Notes: a model not told the origin generated them from the letters alone. A DNA stretch of 64,000 nt from Prochlorococcus sp. AG-418-G18 (GCA_003214215.1 QCLX01000001.1:96026-160025), one strand, 5' to 3'. Positions 1 to 11,055 are shown, counted from the stretch's first letter. Numbers and translations are program-made.

Positions 1-6
1 ATTTTT

Positions 7-297
7 ATGAACTCTCAGATAAGAATAAGTGATCTAGAAAATATTATTTCAGAAAAAGTATTTATAAAAATAGAAAAGTGGAATTTATATCTTGGAGATG
101 CTGGCCTGGCAAGAAATCTTGCTATTGAATGTATCAGCAATAAAGATCAAGGCCCATTGGAGGCTGCAAAATTAAGTTTGAAAGCAATAAATGTAAAAGT
201 AGGGGATGGTGTTAGCAGTATTCCACTTATTAATTTAATCACTACCTCACAAATTCTAGAATTAGAGGAGATTTTGGAAAATTTTTTTGAAAACTAA
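7..297 (+). CDS. Conserved cyanobacterial hypothetical protein (DUF3181-like)
   Basis: 96-aa ORF with the IEKWNLYLGDA motif typical of this family. Confidence 0.7.
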   Translation: MNSQIRISDLENIISEKVFIKIEKWNLYLGDAGLARNLAIECISNKDQGPLEAAKLSLKAINVKVGDGVSSIPLINLITTSQILELEEILENFFEN

Positions 298-1877
298 TTC
301 TTTATTTTATAGAATTTAAAATTATTTACTTTCATGCATTTTGTAAGTAAAAAATAAATTACAAAAAAAGTTAGAGATGCAAATATCATAAATAAAAATT
401 CTCCAAAATTTGAATTGAAGTTATTCGTAGTTTTGAGAATAGTAAAGCAAATAGTGCTATCTATAAGTGCTGCTAATGTCATAAGGCTAATTTTTTTAAA
501 TAAATTCAAATGAGGTAAATGAAGATTTTCATTTCGCAGATTTAAAGAAAGGAAAATACAAACTGTAAAGTTGACTAATACTGAAGATAAAATTATTCCT
601 ACAACTCCAAAATTATATGGTGAAAGATTCCCAAAATTCTTAATTGGAGCACCAACTAAAAACCAATCAAAAAAGATATTTAATATTATCCCCACAAATG
701 ATAACTGAAAAGGGAAGGTTGTTTTTTCTATTGAATAGTAAGTTCTTACTAATAAGTCTCTATAAAGATAAAAAGGTATGCCAACTGCATAGGCAATTAA
801 TATATTTTTTACTTTTAAAGCCGCTGAGTAATCAAAAGATCCTCTTTGAAAAACTAATTGTACGATTTCATTATTGAATGTAATGAAAAATCCGGTTAAA
901 AAAATAGTTGTCAAGAAACAGTACTCTATACCAGATATCAATTTTTTTTGGAGACCTCTAATGTCTTTATCATTCGTTAATCTAGAGAACTTTGGTAATA
1001 ATGGCAAAATCAAAGAGTTAGATAATATGCCTAATGGTGCTTGTATAAGAAAGTTTCCGTAAGCAAGTCCAGATGCTGCTCCTTGAAAACTTGAAGCGAA
1101 AAACATATCGATAAAAACATTAATTTGACTCAGGCCTGATGAAATAGATCCTGGAATAATTAGTTTGAAAATTCTCCTCTCATCATCTTTCAATAAACTG
1201 AATGTTGATTCTAATCTCAAGAGACCGATTTTATTTATTTCCAAAATTTGAAAAACAAACTGGATTAAAGTTCCTGTCAAAGTTGCAAAAGCTAGTAATC
1301 CTGAATAAGTAAAGAAATTTGAAGATGTATTTTCTTGTTTAAAAATCCAACTAAATAAAATAAAAAAAATTGTAGTTACGCTTGTTATTGATGGACTTAT
1401 ACTTGATAAAAAGAATTTTTTCTGGGAATTTAAGGCGCCAAAGCTTAAACCTATGAAGCCAGATAGAGGGATACAAGGCGTAAGTATTCTTAATTGGTAA
1501 GTGGCAATAGATTTAGCTTCGTCACTTAAATTGGGGGCTAAACATTCAATTAATAAATTGGAATTAAAGTAAATCAATATGGCTAAACAAATTAATAATA
1601 TTGAAAGTTTTATACTTACTTGAGTTAGGATAATTCCTCCATCTCTTTTGTTAAGAGGAGTAATAACTGCAACTATTGCATTGTGTAAAGGACCATTAAT
1701 CCCCCCTATGATTATGAGCAAAAAACCTGGAATTATATAGGCATAATTAAATGCGTCGTATGTTATTCCAACCCCAAAAGCAGCAGCAATAAATATTTGT
1801 CTTATACAACCAGCTAATTTACTAAGACTAGTACCAAATGAAATTGAAAAAACATTATTTTTTAAAAATAAATTCAT
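294..1877 (-). CDS. murJ: Lipid II flippase MurJ (MviN)
   Basis: Multi-TM protein; AAAFGVG..YDAFNYAYIIPG and FQRGSF motifs. Confidence 0.92.
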   Translation of the reverse strand: MNLFLKNNVFSISFGTSLSKLAGCIRQIFIAAAFGVGITYDAFNYAYIIPGFLLIIIGGINGPLHNAIVAVITPLNKRDGGIILTQVSIKLSILLICLAILIYFNSNLLIECLAPNLSDEAKSIATYQLRILTPCIPLSGFIGLSFGALNSQKKFFLSSISPSITSVTTIFFILFSWIFKQENTSSNFFTYSGLLAFATLTGTLIQFVFQILEINKIGLLRLESTFSLLKDDERRIFKLIIPGSISSGLSQINVFIDMFFASSFQGAASGLAYGNFLIQAPLGILSNSLILPLLPKFSRLTNDKDIRGLQKKLISGIEYCFLTTIFLTGFFITFNNEIVQLVFQRGSFDYSAALKVKNILIAYAVGIPFYLYRDLLVRTYYSIEKTTFPFQLSFVGIILNIFFDWFLVGAPIKNFGNLSPYNFGVVGIILSSVLVNFTVCIFLSLNLRNENLHLPHLNLFKKISLMTLAALIDSTICFTILKTTNNFNSNFGEFLFMIFASLTFFVIYFLLTKCMKVNNFKFYKIKN

Positions 1878-1948
1878 TTGGCTTTATCTGAAATTTTCAA
1901 GAATATTAAGTTTCAATTATATTTGATTTTTAAGTAAGGACATTTTTT

Positions 1949-2692
1949 ATGAATGAAGAAAGGATAATTGAATTTGATCCATTAATTGAAGGGATTTTAA
2001 TTAAAAGGTATAAAAGATTTCTTGCGGATATTAAATTAGAGAGTGGAGAGGTAATAACTGCTCATTGTGCTAACACAGGTCCGATGAGGGGACTTTTGAA
2101 TGAGGGGGCAAAAGTAAGAATAAGTGTTTCCTCCTCTCCAAAAAGAAAATTACCTTTTACTTGGGAACAGATATGTGTTCTAAATGCAAGAAATGATGAG
2201 GTTTGGGTTGGAATTAATACGTTATTTGCAAATAAGTTAATCAAAAAGGTTATCGAAAAAAATTTGCTTAACGAAATTATTGGAGAAATAGAGACAATTA
2301 AATCCGAAGTCCCTTATGGAAAAGATAAAAAAAGCAGAATTGACTTTTTTTTAACTCCAAAATCTTCAAATCCTGATAAACGTAACATTTACCTAGAAGT
2401 TAAAAATACGACTTGGGTTAATGAAAATGTAGCTCTATTCCCTGATACAGTAACGAAAAGAGGCCAAAAACACCTCATAGAATTAAAGGAATTAATTCCT
2501 GAAAGTAAAAGCGTTTTAGTACTCTGTATTACCAGAAAAGACGCTTGTTTCTTTGCTCCTGGAGATGATGCAGATCCCTTGTACGGCAACCTTTTTAGAG
2601 AATCTTTAAGTGCAGGAATGATATCAATTCCATGTTCTTTTGAATTTCACAAAGACCACATAACATGGAATGGAATTAAACCTTTAAAATAA
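1949..2692 (+). CDS. sfsA: DNA/RNA nuclease SfsA (sugar fermentation stimulation protein)
   Basis: [35 protein letters not shown] motifs. Confidence 0.95.
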   Translation: MNEERIIEFDPLIEGILIKRYKRFLADIKLESGEVITAHCANTGPMRGLLNEGAKVRISVSSSPKRKLPFTWEQICVLNARNDEVWVGINTLFANKLIKKVIEKNLLNEIIGEIETIKSEVPYGKDKKSRIDFFLTPKSSNPDKRNIYLEVKNTTWVNENVALFPDTVTKRGQKHLIELKELIPESKSVLVLCITRKDACFFAPGDDADPLYGNLFRESLSAGMISIPCSFEFHKDHITWNGIKPLK

Positions 2693-2775
2693 TAGAGAAA
2701 CTTGATATTTTGAAATTCAAAAAAAGTAATTTTTAAATTTAACAAACAATTTTTTAAGGTGCAACTAGAAAAATG

Positions 2776-2818
2776 GTATCAACAACTACTAGACATGGAT
2801 AAGTTTTTTGAATAAATT
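2776..2818 (+). promoter_or_regulatory. NtcA-type promoter of amt1
   Basis: GTA-TCAACAAC-TAC (GTA-N8-TAC, 2776-2789) followed 23 nt later by a TAN3T -10 box (TAAATT, 2813-2818), upstream of an ammonium transporter. Confidence 0.8.
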
Positions 2819-2872
2819 TAAATTTGAAAGGAAACAGCACAAACTGTTTTTTTGCAGATCTAATTTTTTTTT

Positions 2873-4333
2873 ATGACCACTGCTTTGCAAACGCCTCAAA
2901 GGCGCTCTAGGTCCAAACTTCAAGATGCAAGTCTTGTGAATGGACCTATGCTCCTTTTGAGGAGTATTCGAGGATTTAGTTCAAACCGCTCTATGTTGTG
3001 GCTTGCAACTGTTCCCCTAGCTTTGTTTGGTTTAGGTATTTTTAATCTTTCAGCTCACGCAGCTGATTTACCTGAGTTGAATGCAGCTTTTCTTGCTAAC
3101 AATTTATGGCTTTTGATCGCTACTATTCTAGTGATCTTTATGAACGCCGGTTTCGCTATGGTTGAGGCAGGTATGTGCCGTTCTAAGAACGCTGTTAACA
3201 TTCTTGCTAAAAACCTCTTTGTATTTGCTCTAGCTGTAACTTCTTATTGGTTTATCGGCTATTCATTAATGTACGGAGGAAGTGTTGCTGACGGATGGCT
3301 GTATTTTGGCGGCTTATTTTTTGATCCAACAGTTACTGCAGATATGGTAACTGATGCTGGGTTAGTCCCAACTGTTGATTTCTTGTTCCAGTCTGCATTT
3401 GCAGGAACTGCAGCAACTATCGTTTCCGGTCTTGTTGCTGAAAGAGTTAAATTTGGAGAATTTGTTGTTTTTGCGATTGTATTAACTGCATTTATATATC
3501 CAATTGCTGGTAGCTGGAAATGGAATGGTGGTTGGCTTGATTCATTAGGTTTTGTTGATTTTGCTGGTTCTTCAATTGTTCACTCAGTTGGAGCATGGGC
3601 AGGTCTTGTAGGAGCGATGCTTCTTGGACCAAGAATTGGCAAATACTCTGATGGAAAACCACAGGCTATGCCAGGACACAATATGGCTATAGCTACTTTG
3701 GGTGCATTAGTTCTATGGATAGGTTGGTATGGGTTCAACCCCGGTTCTCAACTTGCTATGGACCAATGGGTTCCATATGTTGCTGTAACAACTACTCTGG
3801 CAGCAGCTGCTGGTGCTATTGGAGCAACTATTGTTTCAACATTAACTTCTGGTAAGCCTGACCTTACAATGATTATTAATGGAATCCTTGCTGGATTAGT
3901 TAGTATCACTGCTGGTTGTGGCGATATGACACTAGCTGGAGCCTGGTTCGCAGGACTAGTTGGTGGAATTATTGTTGTATTCTCTGTTGCAGCCCTAGAT
4001 GCTGCTGAGATCGATGATCCTGTAGGTGCATTCTCCGTTCACGGAGTTTGTGGTGTATGGGGTACTGTAGTTATCGGTCTATGGGGTACAGCTGTCCAGG
4101 GAGATGGTGCTGGTATGGGATTGTTTAATGGTGGAGGTATTAGCCTTCTTCTAATTCAAGCTCTTGGTGCCGCTGCTTATGCAATCTGGACACTAGTTAC
4201 TTGCTGGATCGCTTGGTCTGTAATTGGAGGATTATTCGGTGGAATCCGAGTTTCTGAAGAAGAAGAGACTCAAGGTTTAGATATAGGAGAGCACGGAATG
4301 GAAGCTTATCCAGACTTTGCTTCTGCTAAATAA
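2873..4333 (+). CDS. amt1: Ammonium transporter Amt1
   Basis: FMNAGFAMVEAG, DFAGSSIVH, GWYGFNPGS, IDDPVGAFSVHG motifs. Confidence 0.97.
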   Translation: MTTALQTPQRRSRSKLQDASLVNGPMLLLRSIRGFSSNRSMLWLATVPLALFGLGIFNLSAHAADLPELNAAFLANNLWLLIATILVIFMNAGFAMVEAGMCRSKNAVNILAKNLFVFALAVTSYWFIGYSLMYGGSVADGWLYFGGLFFDPTVTADMVTDAGLVPTVDFLFQSAFAGTAATIVSGLVAERVKFGEFVVFAIVLTAFIYPIAGSWKWNGGWLDSLGFVDFAGSSIVHSVGAWAGLVGAMLLGPRIGKYSDGKPQAMPGHNMAIATLGALVLWIGWYGFNPGSQLAMDQWVPYVAVTTTLAAAAGAIGATIVSTLTSGKPDLTMIINGILAGLVSITAGCGDMTLAGAWFAGLVGGIIVVFSVAALDAAEIDDPVGAFSVHGVCGVWGTVVIGLWGTAVQGDGAGMGLFNGGGISLLLIQALGAAAYAIWTLVTCWIAWSVIGGLFGGIRVSEEEETQGLDIGEHGMEAYPDFASAK

Positions 4334-4352
4334 TCTAATTTAAATTTGATTT

Positions 4353-4386
4353 AAGAAACCTGACATGTGTCAGGTTTCTTTTTTTT
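4353..4386 (+). terminator. Rho-independent terminator after amt1
   Basis: AAGAAACCTGACA-TG-TGTCAGGTTTCTT inverted repeat followed by a T tract. Confidence 0.9.
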
Positions 4387-4421
4387 ACGAAAAATTATTT
4401 AAAATGTTGTAATATCAAAAA

Positions 4422-5618
4422 ATGGATACTCAAGCTGTAAAACACGCAATTCAACATTCAGGTAGATATAACCGAAGAGGGTTTGAGTCGCCAACTAAAA
4501 GAGCTAAAGCTTTGGGAGAATCCTATCAGAGCGATTTAATAGCATCAATTCGAGAAAATAATTTTAGTTTTCAAAAAGGTAGATTGAAGATTAAGCTTGC
4601 AAAATCTTTTGGATTTTGCTGGGGTGTTGAGAGAGCAGTGGCCATGGCCTACGAAACAAGGAGACATTATCCTAAAGAAACTATTTGGATGACAAATGAA
4701 ATTATTCATAATCCTTCAGTTAATAATCATTTAAGTAAGATGAATGTAAAAATAATTTCTGCTAAAAATGGCGTTAAGGATTTTTCACCTGTTTCTTTAG
4801 GAGATGTTGTAATTCTTCCAGCTTTTGGAGCTACGGTTCAAGAAATGCAATTATTACATGAAAAAGAATGTCATATAATTGATACAACTTGCCCTTGGGT
4901 TTCTAAAGTTTGGCATACAGTAGAAAAACATAAGAAACACACATTTACTTCTATTATTCATGGTAAATATAAACATGAAGAAACTCTTGCAACTAGATCT
5001 TTTGCTGGGGATTATTTAGTTGTTTTTGACTTGGCAGAAGCGAAATACGTTTCAGATTATATTGAAGGAAATGGTGATAAAAATGAGTTTATGAAAAAAT
5101 TTTCTAAAGCATGTTCTAACGGATTTGACCCTGATATTCATCTTGAAAGGATTGGAGTTGCTAATCAAACGACTATGCTGAAAAGCGAAACAGAAGAAAT
5201 TGGAAAGCTTTTCGAAAATACTATGTTAAGGAAGTATGGACCGGCTAATATAAATAATCATTTTCTAGCGTTTAATACTATTTGCGATGCTACAGAAGAG
5301 AGACAAGATGCGATGTTTTCTTTAGTAGATGAGGATTTAGATATCCTTGTCGTAATAGGAGGTTTTAATTCTTCAAACACCACTCACCTACAGGAAATTG
5401 CTATCACAAATAATATAGAATCATTTCATATAGATATTTCAGATAGAATTTCGGTTGAAGACAATTCCATATTACATAAGCCACTTGAATCAGAACTTGT
5501 CTTGAAAGAGAATTTTCTCCCTGATGGCAACATTAATGTAGGAATTACTTCTGGAGCATCTACTCCTGATAAAGTTGTTGCCGATGTCATTGAAAAGTTA
5601 ATTGATATAGCCTCCTGA
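4422..5618 (+). CDS. ispH: 4-hydroxy-3-methylbut-2-enyl diphosphate reductase
   Basis: [29 protein letters not shown] motifs. Confidence 0.97.
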   Translation: MDTQAVKHAIQHSGRYNRRGFESPTKRAKALGESYQSDLIASIRENNFSFQKGRLKIKLAKSFGFCWGVERAVAMAYETRRHYPKETIWMTNEIIHNPSVNNHLSKMNVKIISAKNGVKDFSPVSLGDVVILPAFGATVQEMQLLHEKECHIIDTTCPWVSKVWHTVEKHKKHTFTSIIHGKYKHEETLATRSFAGDYLVVFDLAEAKYVSDYIEGNGDKNEFMKKFSKACSNGFDPDIHLERIGVANQTTMLKSETEEIGKLFENTMLRKYGPANINNHFLAFNTICDATEERQDAMFSLVDEDLDILVVIGGFNSSNTTHLQEIAITNNIESFHIDISDRISVEDNSILHKPLESELVLKENFLPDGNINVGITSGASTPDKVVADVIEKLIDIAS

Positions 5619-5722
5619 ATTTGTTATCTCATTTATAACTTTGCTTAGTTTTTTTAATTTATTAGTCAGATAATTCCAAAATATCTACTTTATTAACTAG
5701 AATAATAAAAAAATAATGAAGT

Positions 5723-6283
5723 ATGGAAGACAAAGCACAAACTAATCAGGTTCAAACTGCAAGTATGAATAGTACTAAAGCGCCCCAAAAAGTAGAGGTT
5801 GTAGTTGCTAATTCAACATCAGGTTCAGAAGTTAATATTCTTGGAGAACTATCAATTTTTGTTTTGAGAATCGGTTTTTGTGCTTTGATGATTCATCATG
5901 GCCTAGAAAAACTTCAGGATCCCCAGGGTTTTGCTGAGTTTGTAGTTGGTAAGTACTTTCCATTTTTACCTGGTGATCCTGTTATTTGGACTTTTGGAGC
6001 AGCTATCACTCAACTAGTATGTCCATTAGGTTTGGCGATAGGTATTTTTGCAAGGCTTTCTTCTCTTGGACTATTTTCAACTATGGCATTTGCTGTTTAT
6101 TTTCATCTTCTAGATACTGGACTAGAAGGTTTTCCTCTAGCAGTGGTTGAAGGTCATAATTATGCTTTCGAATTATCTTTTATATATGGTGCTATTTCTC
6201 TCTACTTTCTATGTGCAGGTCCAGGAAGACTATCTTTATTCAGAAAAACTAATAAGATTACATATTATCCAAAATCAACATAA
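5723..6283 (+). CDS. DoxX family membrane protein
   Basis: LRIG..MIHHGLEKL and GPGRLS motifs; 4 TM segments. Confidence 0.8.
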   Translation: MEDKAQTNQVQTASMNSTKAPQKVEVVVANSTSGSEVNILGELSIFVLRIGFCALMIHHGLEKLQDPQGFAEFVVGKYFPFLPGDPVIWTFGAAITQLVCPLGLAIGIFARLSSLGLFSTMAFAVYFHLLDTGLEGFPLAVVEGHNYAFELSFIYGAISLYFLCAGPGRLSLFRKTNKITYYPKST

Positions 6284-6284
6284 T

Positions 6285-7838
6285 TTAATGTAAAAAGTGC
6301 CTTTTTTGCGTAAATACCATTGTAATTCCTTTCGAATTACACATTTCAATACTTTCTTGGTCTCTTAGACTTCCTCCAGGTTGAATAATAGCTTTTATTC
6401 CATATTCATTTGCTAGTTCTACAGTATCTGCAAATGGGAAAAACCCATCGCTGGCCAAGACAGCATCTGAACATAACTTTCCAGCTGCTTTTAATGCAAT
6501 TTTTGCTGCTCCAACTCTATTCATTTGTCCAGCTCCAATACCAATCGTTTTTTGGTCTTTTGCAATAACAATGGCATTAGATTTAACGTGTTTACAAATT
6601 TTCCATGCAAAATTTAGATCTAAGTTAATTTGATTATTCGGATTTTTATTAGTTACTGAAATCCAATTTCCAGTTTTTTCTTCACTATCATCAGTATCTT
6701 GAACTAGCAATCCGCCCATTATTGATTTAGTAGAAGTTTGATTCTTTTTTGGGAGTTGATCTTTTGAAAACTTTAAAATTCTTAAATTCTTTTTAACTTT
6801 TAAAATTTCTAAAGCTTCCTCATCAAAAGATGGAGCGACGACGCACTCTAAGAAAATATCTTTGAGGTGAATTGCGGTCTCAATATCAACATTTGAATTA
6901 AAAGCAACTATTCCTCCAAATGCACTAATGGAGTCGCATTCCAAAGCATTCAAAAATGCTTGAGAAGCTGAATTACTTATAGAGGCACCACAAGGATTAT
7001 TATGTTTAAGAATAACAGAAGCAAATCTGTCAGTTGTAAGTTTATCTTTTGCTGCGTAGCCAAATTCTAAAACCGTTGAAAGTGCCGACTCTAGATCCAA
7101 TAGATTGTTATAACTTAAGTCTTTACCTTGTAATTGTTCTGCTGAGTTCCATCCAATGTTATTTAAACCATACCAAAATGCTTTTTGATGTGGATTCTCT
7201 CCATATCTTAAGGTTTTAATTAGTGGATAAGATTCAATATAGTTGGAGGAATTTAAACCTCTTTCTTTTCTTATCCAATTAGATATTGCAATGTCATAGT
7301 CTGCTGTGTGTTGAAAAGCTTCAAGGGCTAATTTCGCTTTGTAAGACTCCTTTAATTCACCTTTTTTACTTTCTTCAAGAAAATTTTGATACTGACTAGG
7401 ATCCACTAAAACGGAAACGTCTTTATGATTTTTAGCCGCAGAACGAATCATTGATGGTCCTCCGATATCGATATTTTCAATAGCATCTTCCCATTTAGCT
7501 CCCTGATCTATAGTTTTTTTAAAAGGATATAAATTGACAACTACTAAGTCAATTAAATCAAGATTGTTAGCTTCTACATCTTTTTTATGTTCCTCGTCAG
7601 TTCTTTTAGCTAATATTCCCCCGTGTATTTTTGGATGTAAAGTTTTAACTCTTCCTCCAAGTATTTCTGGAGAATTAGTAAAATCTGCAACTTTAATAAC
7701 TGGAATTTTTGCTTCTATAAGATGTTTGGCAGTTCCTCCACTTGATAGAATTTTATAATTAAATTGCTCTACCAATTCCTTACAAAATGGGATTATATTT
7801 TTTTTATCAGAGACACTTACTAAAGCTAATTTTGACAT
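6285..7838 (-). CDS. purH: Bifunctional AICAR transformylase/IMP cyclohydrolase
   Basis: ALVSVSDK, GGRVKTLHPK, LRYGENPHQ, ASDGFFPF, RHFLH. Confidence 0.98.
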   Translation of the reverse strand: MSKLALVSVSDKKNIIPFCKELVEQFNYKILSSGGTAKHLIEAKIPVIKVADFTNSPEILGGRVKTLHPKIHGGILAKRTDEEHKKDVEANNLDLIDLVVVNLYPFKKTIDQGAKWEDAIENIDIGGPSMIRSAAKNHKDVSVLVDPSQYQNFLEESKKGELKESYKAKLALEAFQHTADYDIAISNWIRKERGLNSSNYIESYPLIKTLRYGENPHQKAFWYGLNNIGWNSAEQLQGKDLSYNNLLDLESALSTVLEFGYAAKDKLTTDRFASVILKHNNPCGASISNSASQAFLNALECDSISAFGGIVAFNSNVDIETAIHLKDIFLECVVAPSFDEEALEILKVKKNLRILKFSKDQLPKKNQTSTKSIMGGLLVQDTDDSEEKTGNWISVTNKNPNNQINLDLNFAWKICKHVKSNAIVIAKDQKTIGIGAGQMNRVGAAKIALKAAGKLCSDAVLASDGFFPFADTVELANEYGIKAIIQPGGSLRDQESIEMCNSKGITMVFTQKRHFLH

Positions 7839-7871
7839 TATGGGAAAGTTTACTTACTTAAGAATATAAAC

Positions 7872-8489
7872 ATGAAATATGCTATCAATCATGAATTTGT
7901 CTCGATTAGCTCTCAAACTGCAACTCATAGAATTATTCTGATACATGGATGGGGAGCTGATTCAGATGATCTTTTAACATTTGGAAAGGAGATGAATGAA
8001 AAAATAAATCTTGATTTTGAGGTAATTTCTTTGAACGCACCTGGATTACATCCAAGTGGTCATGGAAGACAGTGGTATGGATTATACCCACATGATTGGA
8101 ATGAAGCTGAGTTAGAAGTAAATAAACTTTTAGTTACATTAAAAAAATTTGATACTGATCAGATTCCACTAAGAAAAACAATTTTGTTGGGGTTTTCTCA
8201 GGGGGCGGCAATGGCAATTGATGCAGGATTTAAATTAAATTTTGGATTAATTGTTGCTTGTAGTGGTTATCCTCACCCCAACTGGGCTCCAGGAGAAAAA
8301 TGCTCACCATTTATTATTAGTCATGGCTTATTCGATGACGTAGTGCCCATAGATGCTTCTAGGACTATTTATGAAAAGGTAAAGAGTAAGTCTTCTAAAT
8401 TTTGTGAATTATTAGAATTCGATGGATTTCACCAAATTGATTCAAATTTAATTAATTTTATAAGTTCAAATATAAGTAATATTTTTTAA
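7872..8489 (+). CDS. Alpha/beta hydrolase (phospholipase/carboxylesterase family)
   Basis: HGWG, GFSQG nucleophile elbow, HG..DDVV, C-terminal His. Confidence 0.88.
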   Translation: MKYAINHEFVSISSQTATHRIILIHGWGADSDDLLTFGKEMNEKINLDFEVISLNAPGLHPSGHGRQWYGLYPHDWNEAELEVNKLLVTLKKFDTDQIPLRKTILLGFSQGAAMAIDAGFKLNFGLIVACSGYPHPNWAPGEKCSPFIISHGLFDDVVPIDASRTIYEKVKSKSSKFCELLEFDGFHQIDSNLINFISSNISNIF

Positions 8490-8854
8490 ACAAAAGCATA
8501 TTCGTATTCTTCAATCTCTTCCCAATCATCTGCGGTAAGTTCTAGACCCTCAAATATTTTTTCTTCACCAATTCCTTCAACTACAACTTTTAGTGATGGA
8601 AATAGGAAATGATTCTCTTCAGCATATTGTGCACTAAATAACCCTTTTTCACCCCAAAAAAACCTATCGGTGGTATGTTCATTTCTTCTGACATTGAAAA
8701 CTGAAGGCGCAGAGAGGGCATTTTCAGCTATGAATCTTCTTGCTGCTGTAACTGGTTTATGTTTGCCAGTTTCGATATGATAAATAGGTACATGTGCCAT
8801 TACTCTTTGGCCAGCCAATCTTCTTCTGCTGATTCTTTTTCTTTTTTTTGACAT
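8486..8854 (-). CDS. Conserved cyanobacterial protein (DUF3155-like)
   Basis: Basic N-terminus RKRISRRRLAG; KPVTAARRFI; RNEHTTDRFFWGEKGLFSAQYAEENHFLFPSL. Confidence 0.85.
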   Translation of the reverse strand: MSKKRKRISRRRLAGQRVMAHVPIYHIETGKHKPVTAARRFIAENALSAPSVFNVRRNEHTTDRFFWGEKGLFSAQYAEENHFLFPSLKVVVEGIGEEKIFEGLELTADDWEEIEEYEYAFV

Positions 8855-9102
8855 TGATTGGTACTCCTGAAATTATTAATGAGATTAGTCTTATTTATTT
8901 TTACTAATCTTATATATGTGATTTTAAATTCACTTCAAATTACATAGAGGACCCATCAACCCCTGATGTAGCTTAAAATATGATTAGATATTCATATTTA
9001 AGGCTGGCTAAAGTCAGACCTCTTTATATATCTTAATACTTTTTTCATATTTTACAAGCCCTTTTCAAGTTTTTTTTTTAATTACTCAAAATTTCATTAA
9101 TT

Positions 9103-10239
9103 ATGAATCTTTCAAAAAAATTTGAAGAATTAATAATAAAACAACTAGAGAGTTTTGGTTGCTCAATGGGCGTGACTAATTTAGTGATGTATCTTGCTTC
9201 AGCTAAGCAAGGAACTAAAGCATCTTTTGAAATGATTGGTCAATGGCCACAAATTGATAGGCTACTTACATCTATAGAAGATGATCCCTCGCTAAAAGTT
9301 TCATCGCCTAATAGAAGATGGTACCCGCTTCAAGAAAACGATATTTTACTTGGTGTCCTTAGGGTAGAAACTGATTTGAATGAGGGTAATTGGCCAGTAT
9401 CTCTTGATTCTAGATTAAAAGCGCTTTCAATATCGTTAGCTAAATGTGTCTCTATCGAATTAGAACGTCAAAATAAAAATGAAGAAATCAATTATTTAAA
9501 AAATCAGGTCAATGTCATAATCCATCAGTTAAGGAATCCATTGGCTGCTATAAGGACATATGCAAAATTACTAATAAAAAGACTTGGTTCAGATGATGAT
9601 TCTATTGAAATAGTCGAACGCATGATACTAGAGCAAAAACAAATTAATCAATATATGGATTCTTTTGCGCAATTAAATTCACCTATTCAACTTCCTCTAG
9701 AAATTGGAGAGGAAAGATTATTATTACCACCAAATTTAGATAATAAAAAAGTCATAACTGTTCAGAGTTTATTAATGCCAATATTAGAAAGGGGTAAAGC
9801 TAATGCGGACTTAGAGAATAGATATTGGACTGAACCTTCTCTTTGGCCAGATTGGACTTTATCGCCATTAAAGGCAAAATATGCTGTAATTGCCGAAATT
9901 GTGGCCAATTTATTCGAAAATGCGTTTAAGTATGCTCAAAAAGATGCTGAAATTGGGCTCGTAATTACGAGTAATGGACTGTGCATATTTGATGATGGTA
10001 AAAAAATAACCAAAAATGAAAACGAGAAAATTTTTGAAAAAGGTTTTAGAGGAACTGCCGCTAAGAACAAGGACGGGACTGGTGTGGGACTTTTTTTGGC
10101 GAGGAAATTAGCAAAACAAATTGGAGGAGAATTGAGATTGCTAGAAAATAACTCGATTGATAATACTGAGGAATTAAAAAATCTCAAGAAGAAAAATATT
10201 TTCTATTTAGAACTTCCTATAAAAGAATTGCATGCATAA
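9103..10239 (+). CDS. Soluble sensor histidine kinase, Hik2-like (GAF-like N-terminus)
   Basis: H-box IHQLRNPL, N-box ENAFKY, G-box GTGVGL; no TM segment. Confidence 0.88.
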   Translation: MNLSKKFEELIIKQLESFGCSMGVTNLVMYLASAKQGTKASFEMIGQWPQIDRLLTSIEDDPSLKVSSPNRRWYPLQENDILLGVLRVETDLNEGNWPVSLDSRLKALSISLAKCVSIELERQNKNEEINYLKNQVNVIIHQLRNPLAAIRTYAKLLIKRLGSDDDSIEIVERMILEQKQINQYMDSFAQLNSPIQLPLEIGEERLLLPPNLDNKKVITVQSLLMPILERGKANADLENRYWTEPSLWPDWTLSPLKAKYAVIAEIVANLFENAFKYAQKDAEIGLVITSNGLCIFDDGKKITKNENEKIFEKGFRGTAAKNKDGTGVGLFLARKLAKQIGGELRLLENNSIDNTEELKNLKKKNIFYLELPIKELHA

Positions 10240-10957
10240 ACAACATTGCAGTTTCAACTAGTACAATACTTGCACCGCAGGCATCTCCATTGAAGCCTCC
10301 AATTTTATTACCCAGTATGTTTGGGATAGAATAACTTAGAAAAATACCAATCAAAATAAGAATTAAAAATTTAATTATTATTGCTTGGGATATAATTGAA
10401 ACTGATTGGAATGCAATGAAAATTAAAAGAAAAATAATGGAGATCAAAGATTCTTTTTTAAATCCATTCCAAAACTTTTTGTGACTAATAGATTTTTTCT
10501 TATAACTCATATATTTAAACTTTTCTATAAAAAATAAATTTGAAAATCTCCCCCAAAATAAGCACGTAGGTAAAACAAAAATTATTAGGTTATGAATTTT
10601 CAGTATGCAAGCAATTTGAATTAAAGTTATAAAAACTAAAGCTTGAACGCCAAAGGAACCAACTTTACTGTCTTTCATTGCTTTTAAACGTTTCTTTTTA
10701 CCCGCAAACATACCATCGAAAGTATCCATTAAACCATCAATGTGTAGACCACCAGTAATTAAATATCCTGAAGCCAAGCAAATTAATGTAGATGCATAAA
10801 TTGACCAAGAGTTTGTTCTTAAAAAAAGAAAAATATAACTCTGTATTGTTCCAATAAAAAATCCTAAAGGCGGCGCAAATTGTGCAATATTTTTAAATTC
10901 GGGATTAATTAAAGGTATCTTTGGAAATGTCGTATAGAAAATCCAAGATCCTGCCAA
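10217..10957 (-). CDS. cobS: Adenosylcobinamide-GDP ribazoletransferase (cobalamin synthase)
   Basis: TGGLHIDGLMDTFDG, MKDSKVGSFG, GGFNGDACG. Confidence 0.93.
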   Translation of the reverse strand: MAGSWIFYTTFPKIPLINPEFKNIAQFAPPLGFFIGTIQSYIFLFLRTNSWSIYASTLICLASGYLITGGLHIDGLMDTFDGMFAGKKKRLKAMKDSKVGSFGVQALVFITLIQIACILKIHNLIIFVLPTCLFWGRFSNLFFIEKFKYMSYKKKSISHKKFWNGFKKESLISIIFLLIFIAFQSVSIISQAIIIKFLILILIGIFLSYSIPNILGNKIGGFNGDACGASIVLVETAMLFMHAILL

Positions 10958-11055
10958 ATTTTTTATTAAATATTTTTTGATGAGATAAAAATAGATTCAG
11001 TATTAAATAATAGGGTAGATTAATTAAAAAGAATCAAAAAATTTAATAAATTATC

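Noticed and set aside
8917-8934. CRP-like TGTGA...TCAC site
   Set aside because: Spacer is 8 nt rather than the canonical 6.
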